From an uncultured Acidobacteriaceae bacterium (GTDB lineage: Bacteria > Acidobacteriota > Terriglobia > Terriglobales > Acidobacteriaceae): DNA of 64,000 nucleotides. The stretch spans positions 6,750 to 70,749 of the forward strand of contig CAVZDM010000026.1 in assembly GCA_963773955.1 (NCBI GenBank). Reading direction: 5' to 3'. Below, piece by piece: positions 9,872 through 17,808 of this stretch. Made by a program: the position numbers and the translations under genes. Under the pieces are notes generated by a model. The model saw only the letters and a program-made list of their open reading frames with translations. It was not told the DNA's origin and made no database searches. The first letter of the stretch is position 1, and every line of letters starts with the position of its first letter.

Positions 9872-10868
9872 AGTAACCCGTCTTGGCGTAGACCCGGAGC
9901 GGCGGCAATCCTTTTGGCGGTAAGAGTTTCACTTTTATTTTACGCCATTTGCCATCGCGCACTGGATTCCTAGGACGGTATCCGATTACATATTGGTTGC
10001 GCAACTCGATACCAATTTTCGTGGAAACGTCCGCCAGGTCGTTCGGGTTATCAATGGTAAAAGCCCGGCCACCGGTCAGTTCGGTGACATCGCTGAGCAG
10101 GGCAGGTCCAAGCCGCTCTTCTTCGGTGGGGAAATAATGATCGTAGATGCCGATGGCATAGATTAGAATGTCGGCCTCTTTGACCATGGAACGGATCTCG
10201 TTCTCGGTATACCGGCTATGGTTGTCGCCGCCGTCAGAGATGATCAGCAAAGCCTTCTTCGGATATTTGGCCTGGCGCATTTTTGTCACACCGAGGTAGA
10301 TGGCATCCAGCAGCGCCGTGCGGCCCCTGGGAACGCTGTAAATGAGCCGCCCCTGAATGTCATCCACCGAACTGGTGAAATCGGCGATCTCCTCCGGCTT
10401 ATCCGCGAACGTGATCATGAAGAACTCGTCTTGCGGGTTCGCGGTCTTGAAGAACTCCACCACCGCCTCGCGCGCCCGCTCAATCTTGCTGCTCATGCTC
10501 CCGCTCATGTCAAAGATCACGCCGATCGACACCGGAGCATCTTCGCTGGAGAAAGTCTTGATCTCCTGCTGGTCTTTGCCTTCGTAAAGGTTGAAGTTCT
10601 CGCGGTCGAGGCCAGTGACCAGCCGGTTCAAGGGATCGGTGATGGTCACTGGCACCAGGACCATGTCCACGTCTACTTTGTAAGGCTTGGTGTGGGTCTT
10701 GAACGCCGGATCAATGTCGGGCTCTTTCGGAGCCGGCGGCGCAACGCGAGGCTGGATGTGGACATCTTCAGTTGAAGTCTGCGCAAGAAGCGAGAGCGAG
10801 CCGCACACAGCAACCACCAGAAGTACAACGAAGGAGAAGCGAGCCGAGAACTGTTTGCGGTACAGCAT
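9855..10868 (-). CDS. Secreted VWA-domain protein, paralogue of 8789..9871
   Basis: ATG 10868 gives MLYRKQFSARFSFVVLLVVAVCGSLSLLAQ as a signal peptide. Same architecture as its neighbour (VDMVLVPVTITD...FNLYEGK, MIDAS IFDMSGSM). Its 3' end overlaps the start of the downstream paralogue by 17 nt. Confidence 0.85.
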   Translation of the reverse strand: MLYRKQFSARFSFVVLLVVAVCGSLSLLAQTSTEDVHIQPRVAPPAPKEPDIDPAFKTHTKPYKVDVDMVLVPVTITDPLNRLVTGLDRENFNLYEGKDQQEIKTFSSEDAPVSIGVIFDMSGSMSSKIERAREAVVEFFKTANPQDEFFMITFADKPEEIADFTSSVDDIQGRLIYSVPRGRTALLDAIYLGVTKMRQAKYPKKALLIISDGGDNHSRYTENEIRSMVKEADILIYAIGIYDHYFPTEEERLGPALLSDVTELTGGRAFTIDNPNDLADVSTKIGIELRNQYVIGYRPRNPVRDGKWRKIKVKLLPPKGLPPLRVYAKTGYYAPTE

Positions 10869-11127
10869 AGGCCCTGCCAAATCAGTGCGCATCCGCGCCT
10901 TGGAGGGTGAAGACCCGCGTCCCACAAGGCGGGCCACAAAGTCTCTACTGAGCCGGATAGTAGCACAGTCTCGAAAAAGTGTTGTCATCTTTTCGGGACG
11001 CGACCCTAAGATTGCAAGGCAGCCCGGAAGGTTGCTTCTGACGGTGCGCACTTTTTTTCTCTTCGGCTCTTTGAACCGACTCCGGGCCGCGACCAGATCG
11101 TCCCTGCTACAATTCTGCCTTCTCCTT

Positions 11128-12454
11128 ATGGCCATTGTTTCCCCATTCCGAGCTTGGCGCTACGACCCTCAGCGCGTGCCGGTTCAACAGGTTGTGACCC
11201 AGCCCTACGACAAAATCACCCCCGCCATGCAGGAGCGGTACTACCAGGCCAGTCCTTATAATCTGGTGCGGATTATTCTCGGCAAACGCCTGCCAGATGA
11301 TGGGGATACCGAGAACGTCTACACGCGGGCGGCGGCGTCCTTCCAGAACTGGCGCGAAACCGGCGTTTTGCGGCGCGACCCAGAGCCTTCGATCTACCGC
11401 TATTCGCAGACATTCAAGGTTCCGGGAAACACTCCGGGAAGTCAGGTGCAGGCCGAGCGCCGGGGCTTTATCGCCCTCGGGCGGATCGAGGAATATTCCG
11501 CGGGCGTCGTGTTCCGGCATGAGCAAACGCTGGCCAAGCCGAAAGCCGACCGCTTGCACCTGCTGCGCGCGAATCGAGCCCACTTTGGTCAACTGTTCAT
11601 GCTCTACAGCGGGGCGGGCAAGGTGGATGCCGTGCTCGATGCAGTGGCAGCTCCAGAATCTATCTCCCGAAATCGAGGTCACCGACGAGTGCGACGTCGT
11701 TCACCGCGTCTGGAAGATCTCCGACCCCTCGGTCATTGCCACCGTGCAACAGCATATGCGGGATCGCAAGCTGATCATCGCCGACGGCCATCATCGCTAC
11801 GAAACCGCTCTGACCTATCGCGACCAGCGCCGAGCCGAAGCCGAGACTGGGTCGGGCCTTCCCACTGCTTACGACTCGGTGATGATGACCTTCGTCGATA
11901 TGAGCCGTCCCGGCCTGGTGATTCTGCCGACGCACCGGCTCGTGTTCGGCCTGCCGTCTTTTTCGGCTGCGCAATTTCAGGCGGAGGCGCAGAAGTTCTT
12001 CAACGTGGAAGAGGTCGATCCGGGAGTCGATGCGGCGCGCGCCACTGCGATTCTGCAGCAGGCAGGGCATGCAGGAACGGCATTGCTCGCGGTCACCGCC
12101 GACCGTGCATTTCTGCTGCATTCCCCGAAGGCGATTGGCACCAGCTTGTTCGGAAAGCTTTCTTTGCGCCAGCAAGCTCTGGACGTCGTGCAATTGCACA
12201 AGTGCCTGCTGGAAGGCGCTCTGAAGATCTCGGAGGACGCCATCCGCAATCAGGAGAACGTTTCGTATTGTCGAGAAGCCGCTGAAGCGTTGATGCAGGT
12301 GCGCAGCGGAAAGGCCCGGGCGGCATTCCTGATGAATGCGGTGCGCACGGAGCAGGTTCGCGATATCGCCTTTGCCGGCGAAGTGCTGCCCCAGAAGTCC
12401 ACCGATTTCTACCCAAAGCTGCTGAGCGGGCTCACGATTTATGCGCTGGACTAG
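11128..12454 (+). pseudogene. DUF1015-family protein, interrupted by a +1 frameshift near 11664-11668
   Basis: The N-terminal part (MAIVSPFRAWRYDP...LFMLYSGAGKVDAVLDAVAAPE) is in frame 1. The remainder (PEIEVTDECDVVHRVWKISDP...IIADGHHRYETAL...STDFYPKLLSGL) is in frame 2. The switch maps to the CTCCC run. Confidence 0.75.
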
Positions 12455-12461
12455 CAAGCGG

Positions 12462-12523
12462 CAGTTCGCAGTTCTCAGTTCTCAGTTTCCAGTACCACAC
12501 TTCCTACTGAGAACTGCGAACTG
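12462..12523. repeat. REP-like hairpin with an 18-bp perfect stem
   Basis: CAGTTCGCAGTTCTCAGT (12462-12479) pairs with ACTGAGAACTGCGAACTG (12506-12523). It is followed by further CTGRGAAC units up to about 12548. Confidence 0.85.
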
Positions 12524-12578
12524 GGAACTGAGAACCAAACTGAGAACCAGGATTCTGGCCATCCTGTTGGCCGTGATC

Positions 12579-14057
12579 ATGCTTCTATGCGCGCTGCCTT
12601 CTGCGCTGCCTTCTGCGGATGACAAGCGCATCTCCGTCTATTCTCCCGTCGCCATCTACTCACTCCCGGTTCTGGAGCGCGCGGGCCATGAGTATGTCGG
12701 CTTGCTCGAGCTTCTGGAGCCGCTGGGCCGCGTCAGCAGCCAGTCGGACAGACAGCGCTGGAAGCTGCGCTATAACACAGTGGATGCCGAGTTTGTGGCG
12801 GGAAAGACGCGGGCCGTGATTCGCGGCCACGATTTTGATCTGACGGCTCCCTTCGTTATCGAAAACTCGCGCGGACTGGTCCCCATAAGTTCGCTGGGCA
12901 CGCTGCTTCCGCGCTTCCTGGGAACGTCGGTGAATTTTCACGAAAGTGCGCGCCGCTTATTCGTCGGCGAGGTCGCCATACAAACCAGTTTCCGCCTGGA
13001 CGCGAACAACCCGCCGCGCCTGCTGCTGAGTTTCACCGCTCCCGTGAATCCGACTCTCTCCACCGAACCGGGCAAGCTGCGCATGGTGTTCAGGCGGGAC
13101 CCGGTCGTTTCCCCGGGAAGCGAATCGATTTCCTTTGACAACAGCGTCATCAAGCAAGCCACTTACTCCGAGGGCAACGGTGACGCCGAATTAGACGTCG
13201 CCGCAAACCAGCCACTGATGGCAAGCTTCAGCAACGACCGGAGGACGATCATCATTTCCGCTGTCCCGCAAACAGCTGCCGCGCCGAGTGTTGCCGGATC
13301 GCCGAGCAATGGATCGCAGAACAATGGGTCGCCGAATCCTGGGTCAGAAAATCCTGGACCGCTGAACAATGGATCGCCTAATAATGGTCCCGAAAATCCC
13401 GCGCAGGCCTCACCCGCTGCCGGCATCGCCGCCGGCAATAACGATGCTAATGCCAATCCCAACTTTCATCGCGTTCTCGCCGTGGTCGATCCCGCGCACG
13501 GCGGCGACGAACGGGGTGCGGCCTTGACCGATTCTCTGGTCGAGAAAGACGTCACCCTGGGATTTGCCCGCCTGCTGCGCCACGAACTGCAGATTCGAGG
13601 CTTCGCAGTTGTGATGCTGCGCGACGGTGATGGCACTCTAACTTTGGATCAGCGCGCCGCGGCCGCCAACGTTGCGCGCGCCGGAATCTACATCACCCTG
13701 CACGCCGATTCCGAGGGCAGCGGCGCGCGCGTCTTCACCGCGCTGCTTCCCGTGGAAGGACCGAGCAATGGAGTATTTCATCCCTGGAACGCGGCCCAGG
13801 CACAGGCCTTGCCCGTCAGCCGGATCGTGTCGGCCGCGATCCTGGTCGAGATGAAAAAGCGCGAATTCCCGGTAAGAGCATCTTCTGCCTCGTTGCGTCC
13901 GCTGAACAATGTCTCGATGCCTGCAGTCGCGGTGGAACTCGCTCCCGGAGCAGACGGCGTCGCCGACTTGACCTCGGCCAACTATCAACAACGAGCCGCG
14001 GCGGCCATTGCCGATGCCGTGGCTTCCGTCCGCGACCGCCTGATGGTGCAGCAATGA
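12579..14057 (+). CDS. N-acetylmuramoyl-L-alanine amidase (Amidase_3, AmiC-like); start uncertain
   Basis: Catalytic-domain motifs VVDPAHGGDERGA and ITLHADS, plus a low-complexity Gly/Ser/Asn/Pro linker. The first ~33 codons of the track ORF (from 12441) are the REP hairpin, so a downstream start is more likely (ATG 12579, or a non-ATG near 12540). Confidence 0.8.
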   Translation: MLLCALPSALPSADDKRISVYSPVAIYSLPVLERAGHEYVGLLELLEPLGRVSSQSDRQRWKLRYNTVDAEFVAGKTRAVIRGHDFDLTAPFVIENSRGLVPISSLGTLLPRFLGTSVNFHESARRLFVGEVAIQTSFRLDANNPPRLLLSFTAPVNPTLSTEPGKLRMVFRRDPVVSPGSESISFDNSVIKQATYSEGNGDAELDVAANQPLMASFSNDRRTIIISAVPQTAAAPSVAGSPSNGSQNNGSPNPGSENPGPLNNGSPNNGPENPAQASPAAGIAAGNNDANANPNFHRVLAVVDPAHGGDERGAALTDSLVEKDVTLGFARLLRHELQIRGFAVVMLRDGDGTLTLDQRAAAANVARAGIYITLHADSEGSGARVFTALLPVEGPSNGVFHPWNAAQAQALPVSRIVSAAILVEMKKREFPVRASSASLRPLNNVSMPAVAVELAPGADGVADLTSANYQQRAAAAIADAVASVRDRLMVQQ

Positions 14058-14067
14058 AGGTGCAACC

Positions 14068-14652
14068 ATGATCCCGCGCCATCTCCTGATCGGAGTAGCC
14101 GCGCTCTTGCTGCTGGTCGTGTCGATGGGAATCTACCTTCGCCACATGCGGCGACAGGCGCGGGAATTTGATTCGCTTGCCGCCGAAGAGTTCCCCGTCG
14201 CTCCTCCAGCCAACGGCCCCACGGAAACGGTTACCTTATATGTGGCGGACGACACCGCTGGCACGCTGCGAGCGCGCTCGGCAAAGATTCCTCTTCCTGG
14301 AGGACGCCAGCAGCGAGCCGAAGAGTTGTTGCGCGCGCTGCTGCGCATCTACCAGCAACCCGGCGCTCCACATCCGCTGGCTCCGGCCGCGGACATCCGC
14401 AGCATCTTCCTGGTCGATCCCGGAGCAGCCGTCATCGATCTGAATGCGGCCTTCGCCGACCTGCATCGCTCCGGCGTTCTCAGCGAGCAGCTCACCGTGA
14501 ATTCGCTAGTGGAGACGCTGGCTGTCAACGTTCCGGGGATTCAGCGGGTCAACATCCTGGTCGAAGGCAAGACTCGGGAGACGCTAGCCGGCCACGCAGA
14601 CCTGACCGAAACTTTCGATGTGACTGCGGTCGAGCAGGCGGGCAGTCAGTAA
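14068..14652 (+). CDS. GerMN-domain protein
   Basis: N-terminal TM anchor. VTLYVADD...LRALL...AVIDLN...QLTVNSLVETL...ILVEG matches the GerMN pattern. The position directly after an amidase is typical. Confidence 0.7.
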   Translation: MIPRHLLIGVAALLLLVVSMGIYLRHMRRQAREFDSLAAEEFPVAPPANGPTETVTLYVADDTAGTLRARSAKIPLPGGRQQRAEELLRALLRIYQQPGAPHPLAPAADIRSIFLVDPGAAVIDLNAAFADLHRSGVLSEQLTVNSLVETLAVNVPGIQRVNILVEGKTRETLAGHADLTETFDVTAVEQAGSQ

Positions 14653-14678
14653 GGCATTTCCGAGCTGAATCGGGGTTA

Positions 14679-14707
14679 CCCCCCACCCCCCCTACCCCCC
14701 ACCCCCC
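14679..14707. repeat. C-rich tract C6-A-C7-TA-C6-A-C6 (four G-runs on the minus strand)
   Basis: Read directly: CCCCCCACCCCCCCTACCCCCCACCCCCC, 27 nt after the GerMN-gene stop, at the left edge of the low-GC islet. Confidence 0.9.
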
Positions 14708-14770
14708 GACTAGGTCTATTAGAATTAACGGTTTAGCGGACTTGCCCCCGGCAAAGTATTCAAAAATAAT

Positions 14771-14943
14771 GACTTATATGCAAAGTATTCAGGAATATGG
14801 AGTTAGGTTGTCAAACCTCTCAGCATTCCCACTCATCGCGCAGAAATTTTTAATATCTCTGTCCTTTAGAATCATTGGTTTAGGAGGAAATTACCGCCAA
14901 ATCTTTGAGTTTTAAGGACTTATATGCAAAATATTCCGGAATA
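14771..14943. repeat. Two 27-bp direct repeats in an AT-rich non-coding stretch
   Basis: GACTTATATGCAAAGTATTCAGGAATA (14771-14797) and GACTTATATGCAAAATATTCCGGAATA (14917-14943) match at 25 of 27 positions. Partial extra copies: GCAAAGTATTCA at 14751 and AAGGACTTAT at 14943. Confidence 0.85.
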
Positions 14944-14978
14944 AGGACTTATCGCGTTTGAAGCCTCCAAAAATGGTT

Positions 14979-15030
14979 TTGGGGCAGCTTCGAGGGCCGT
15001 CTTTGTGGACGGACTTCGAAACTGCCCCAA
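14979..15030. other. Long imperfect hairpin upstream of the toxin-antitoxin pair
   Basis: TTGGGGCAGCTTCGA (14979-14993) pairs with TCGAAACTGCCCCAA (15016-15030) with 1 mismatch. There is an inner CCGTC/GACGG stem. Confidence 0.6.
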
Positions 15031-15141
15031 TCAGACTTTTATTGTCGCGCGAGGATGGGGCTAAAGTCAATGAAATTCGTTAGGTTTGGTTGGTCGCTAA
15101 GTCGTTGCGCTTTGCTTAGAAGGCCACTTAGAATAAAAGGC

Positions 15142-15366
15142 ATGGAAGTCTCATTTGCGCCGGAGCTCGAAGCCAGGCTAAACCGGATCGCCTCGCAGGC
15201 GGGTAAAGCGCCGGACGAGGTCGTGCGCGAGTTCGTTGCGAGCTGCCTTGACCACGACGAATGGTTCAAGCAAGAGGTTGGCAAGGGCCTCGCTTCGCTC
15301 GATCAGGGCAAGAGCGTCTCCCACGAAGACGTGCGCCGCCAGATGGACCGAATCCTCGGTTCCTGA
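15142..15366 (+). CDS. Type II antitoxin (ribbon-helix-helix/ParD-like) paired with a ParE/RelE toxin
   Basis: 75 aa. The N-terminal MEVSFAPELEARLNRIASQAGKAPDEVVREFV is RHH-like. It ends 11 nt before the toxin start. Confidence 0.7.
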   Translation: MEVSFAPELEARLNRIASQAGKAPDEVVREFVASCLDHDEWFKQEVGKGLASLDQGKSVSHEDVRRQMDRILGS

Positions 15367-15377
15367 TTGGGTTCCTG

Positions 15378-15653
15378 ATGAAGATCGAGTGGTCGCCTGA
15401 AGCCGCGGCCGACTTTGCGGGAATAGTCGCGTACATCCACGAGCAGAATCCTTCCGCTGCTAATCGCGTTGCGCATACCATGTTCGATTCTGCAGCTTCG
15501 CTCGATTCATTTCCCAATCGTGGGAGGCCGGGCAGGGTTGGTGGTACTCGCGAACTCGTCTTAACGCCGCTACCATTCATCGTCGTCTATCGAGTCAAAC
15601 GGAACGTTGTAGAAATCGCGAGAGTGCTACACGGATCACAGCGCTGGCCGTAG
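15378..15653 (+). CDS. ParE/RelE-family type II toxin
   Basis: 91 aa. W.PEAAADF..IV.YI...NP.AA.RV...SFPNRGRPGRV.GTRELV...PFIVVYRV....V.I.RVLHG is the classic ParE pattern. Confidence 0.85.
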   Translation: MKIEWSPEAAADFAGIVAYIHEQNPSAANRVAHTMFDSAASLDSFPNRGRPGRVGGTRELVLTPLPFIVVYRVKRNVVEIARVLHGSQRWP

Positions 15654-15696
15654 ACTTCGGAAGTGGACACGCGCGGCATCCCACGTCTCGAAGTTC

Positions 15697-16623
15697 TCAG
15701 CAGCGTCCTATGATAATATCGTTCGCGCTTACGAAGATTTTTCGCCGTTGCGCCGCGATCTCCTTCTTCCGAAAGAGCAGTTCGGGGAGATCGATTCTGC
15801 CGTCCAGAACGAGCATCACATCGCCGCCATCCGCACAAATCATCCTTGGGCGGTTGCCTTCGATGTAACCCGATATAGCGTCTTCAGTGAACCCAGAAAC
15901 AGCCAAGAAAAGGCCGAGTGTATTGTCGAGGCTTGAGCTAACGGCGCCGTCAAGATCGCGAAGCTCCCCGAGGTTAGACTTCGGCTTTTGCCACTTCGCC
16001 TCTAGTAGGAAGTTGTCCCGATCCAGTACGAAGGCCCCATCTATTTGCTCTCCCCGGCGCTTAAACGGGGAGTGTGGCGCAAGCTCAAAAAGCGCGAAGA
16101 GTTCGTTGAGGAGTTTCTCCAAGTCGTAACCACGTTCATGTTCATCGTTTTTGACTAAGAGTTTCAGGTACCGCTCTCTTAGACTGCCGAGTTTCTCCTG
16201 AAAGATTCTTCCCTTCTGCGCTTCTTCAATCCTGCGGCGCCGGGCATCGCGTTCCTCCTTCTCCGTAGCCTTTGCGGAGTCATGTTCGTCCGCAAGGCTG
16301 CGAAGATGTTCGAGTGCGCGTTCCGCCTCTTTCTTGAGCTTTTTTCCGTCGTTATATCGGAGCAGGTGGTCACAGTTCTTGTATCGGAGAGTTTCCCGCA
16401 AAATGAGCCTGAGCGCCCCTAGGCCTTCTTCGCTTGTGTTAAGCGTGTCAACGATTGGCGACAGGATGTGAAATTTGTACTGATTCCAATCCTGCGAATT
16501 GATTATTTTCTGATCGACGCCTGCGATGTTAAGCATCGTGCGCATTTGTGGGCGAGTCCAGAACACCTTAACAACCGCCTCCTTAAGCGCAGTTACAATA
16601 TCGTGGCTAAAGTGCCCTGCCAT
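15697..16623 (-). CDS. Restriction-endonuclease-domain (Mrr-like PD-(D/E)xK) protein with an unknown N-terminal domain and central coiled coil
   Basis: The C-terminal GYDLEKLLNELFALF...GEQIDGAFVLDRDNFLLEAKWQ...LFLAVSGFT fits the Mrr_cat-type D...E-x-K core. The central segment is highly charged (EKEERDARRRRIEEAQKGR). ATG 16623 (MAGHFSHD) was chosen; the track start 16851 would overlap the divergent gene. Visibly lower GC. Confidence 0.7.
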   Translation of the reverse strand: MAGHFSHDIVTALKEAVVKVFWTRPQMRTMLNIAGVDQKIINSQDWNQYKFHILSPIVDTLNTSEEGLGALRLILRETLRYKNCDHLLRYNDGKKLKKEAERALEHLRSLADEHDSAKATEKEERDARRRRIEEAQKGRIFQEKLGSLRERYLKLLVKNDEHERGYDLEKLLNELFALFELAPHSPFKRRGEQIDGAFVLDRDNFLLEAKWQKPKSNLGELRDLDGAVSSSLDNTLGLFLAVSGFTEDAISGYIEGNRPRMICADGGDVMLVLDGRIDLPELLFRKKEIAAQRRKIFVSANDIIIGRC

Positions 16624-16776
16624 AACTAACAATGATTGTCGCACGTCGGCCCCACAATACGAAGGCCGTATCTCTTGGACTAGGCTGGGCCCGCTCGGAG
16701 TAAGATGTCTGGACGGCCGCAGTAATGTCTGGAGGCGTCGACGACGGGAACTAACGAGCGACGCGGGAGGATTTAC
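16624..16776. promoter_or_regulatory. Divergent intergenic control region with a direct repeat
   Basis: 153 bp between the head-to-head starts. AGTAAGATGTCTGGA (16699-16713) and AGTAATGTCTGGA (16721-16733). AACTAAC occurs near both ends. GGGAGGA lies 7 nt before ATG 16777. Confidence 0.4.
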
Positions 16777-17637
16777 ATGTCGCCTAGGCAACGCAAGAAG
16801 ACCAAGGCAAGGGCGAAGACAGTTGCCCCTGGCAAGGGACCGCAAGTTCACAAAGACATATGCTTCATTATTTGCCCTTTCGGTGGGTGGAATGACAGCT
16901 ATTGCGAGGAGATCTTCGGCCCGGCGGTTGAGTCGGCGGGTCTCGAACCAAAGAGAGCGGACGACCTATACCGCCCAAGCGCGATAGTCCATGATATCTG
17001 GGATTACGTGAAAAAATCCCGGGTGATGCTAGCGGAGCTGACGGGCAAGAACCCAAACGTTTTGTATGAACTCGGACTTGCCCATGCGACCGGCAAGCCC
17101 GTCATCATGGTTAGCCAATCGATGGACGACGTCCCCTTCGACCTGCGGTCGTTGCGGGTCATTATCTATGACGTGGAAAACCCCGACTGGAGTGCGATTC
17201 TCAGGAGCAGCGTAAAACAGGCGCTGCAGGAAGTGCTGAGTTCACCCGAGCTCGCCGTCCCGCCTGCGTTCTTGCATGTGCGCAAGGGAGGGAAACAGCC
17301 GTCAGTTAGCCCGATCAAGCGAAAGCTCCTAGAGCTTGAACAGCAGGTTGACCGGCTGCGATCTCAGGTTCGGAGTCCGTACGAGACCCGCATTCGCACC
17401 GAAGCTGAGGCGGAGGCGCGCCTTCGAAACTATCTTAGCCAGGGTATGCCGGCCGAGCTCGTGGTCAGGAAGCTGGTTGGCTCTGGGGTTCCGGCTGTCT
17501 GGGCCGAGAAGCGCCTCGAGGACTTTGGTCTTCGAAGGGTACGCGAACCGAAGAAGATCGAACAGCCTCAAGGAGGGCAACCTGCAATGCCCCAACCGGC
17601 CGAGGTTAAACCGCCCGAGGAAAAGAAGGCCACCTAA
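16777..17637 (+). CDS. Protein with an N-terminal nucleoside-2-deoxyribosyltransferase/TIR-like Rossmannoid domain, coiled coil and a Pro/Lys-rich tail
   Basis: CFIICPFGG...SRVMLAELTGKNPNVLYELGLAHATGKPVIMV...PFDLRSLRVIIY resembles the NDT-fold pattern (beta1, then D/N-x-x-x-x-x-E-x-G-x-A-x-x-x-G-K-P-V). The C-terminus has KRKLLELEQQVDRLRSQV. Assignment is by motif recall only. Confidence 0.6.
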   Translation: MSPRQRKKTKARAKTVAPGKGPQVHKDICFIICPFGGWNDSYCEEIFGPAVESAGLEPKRADDLYRPSAIVHDIWDYVKKSRVMLAELTGKNPNVLYELGLAHATGKPVIMVSQSMDDVPFDLRSLRVIIYDVENPDWSAILRSSVKQALQEVLSSPELAVPPAFLHVRKGGKQPSVSPIKRKLLELEQQVDRLRSQVRSPYETRIRTEAEAEARLRNYLSQGMPAELVVRKLVGSGVPAVWAEKRLEDFGLRRVREPKKIEQPQGGQPAMPQPAEVKPPEEKKAT

Positions 17638-17808
17638 TTACCCGGCGTGTCGGGCGCTGCGGCTTCAGCCCGAAGATATATCTCGAAGGACTTCTCCTAA
17701 GAAGACTTGTGGCGGGATCATCTCGACCTCCTGAATTCTCGACCTGTTCAGCACGCCGCGAGCCGGGGCATGGGGAGAACTCTCTGCTGCGTCCTTGCTG
17801 GACGAGAA

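Noticed and set aside
10687-12285. 532-aa ORF that looks like one large protein
   Set aside because: Its first 147 codons are antisense to the VWA gene, and its last ~200 codons are out-of-frame read-through with an Arg/Pro/Ser-rich composition. Only 11128 to about 11665 is genuine DUF1015 coding sequence, and the rest of the gene continues in frame 2.
14769-14915. 48-codon ORF (MTYMQSIQEYGVRLSNLSAFPLIAQKFLISL...) in the AT-rich leader of the islet
   Set aside because: It has no RBS. It starts and ends inside the two 27-bp direct repeats, and its composition looks non-coding. It is kept only as a remote possibility under the leader finding.
15055-15141. N-terminal extensions given by the track for many genes. 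Examples: antitoxin from 15055, REase gene to 16851, rph from 17881, aldolase from 18806, SDR from 19929, accB to 27161, pilM to 33972, methyltransferase to 60069.
   Set aside because: The extensions run through REP elements, intergenic hairpins or neighbouring genes, and they lack family similarity. Internal starts give canonical N-termini or signal peptides.
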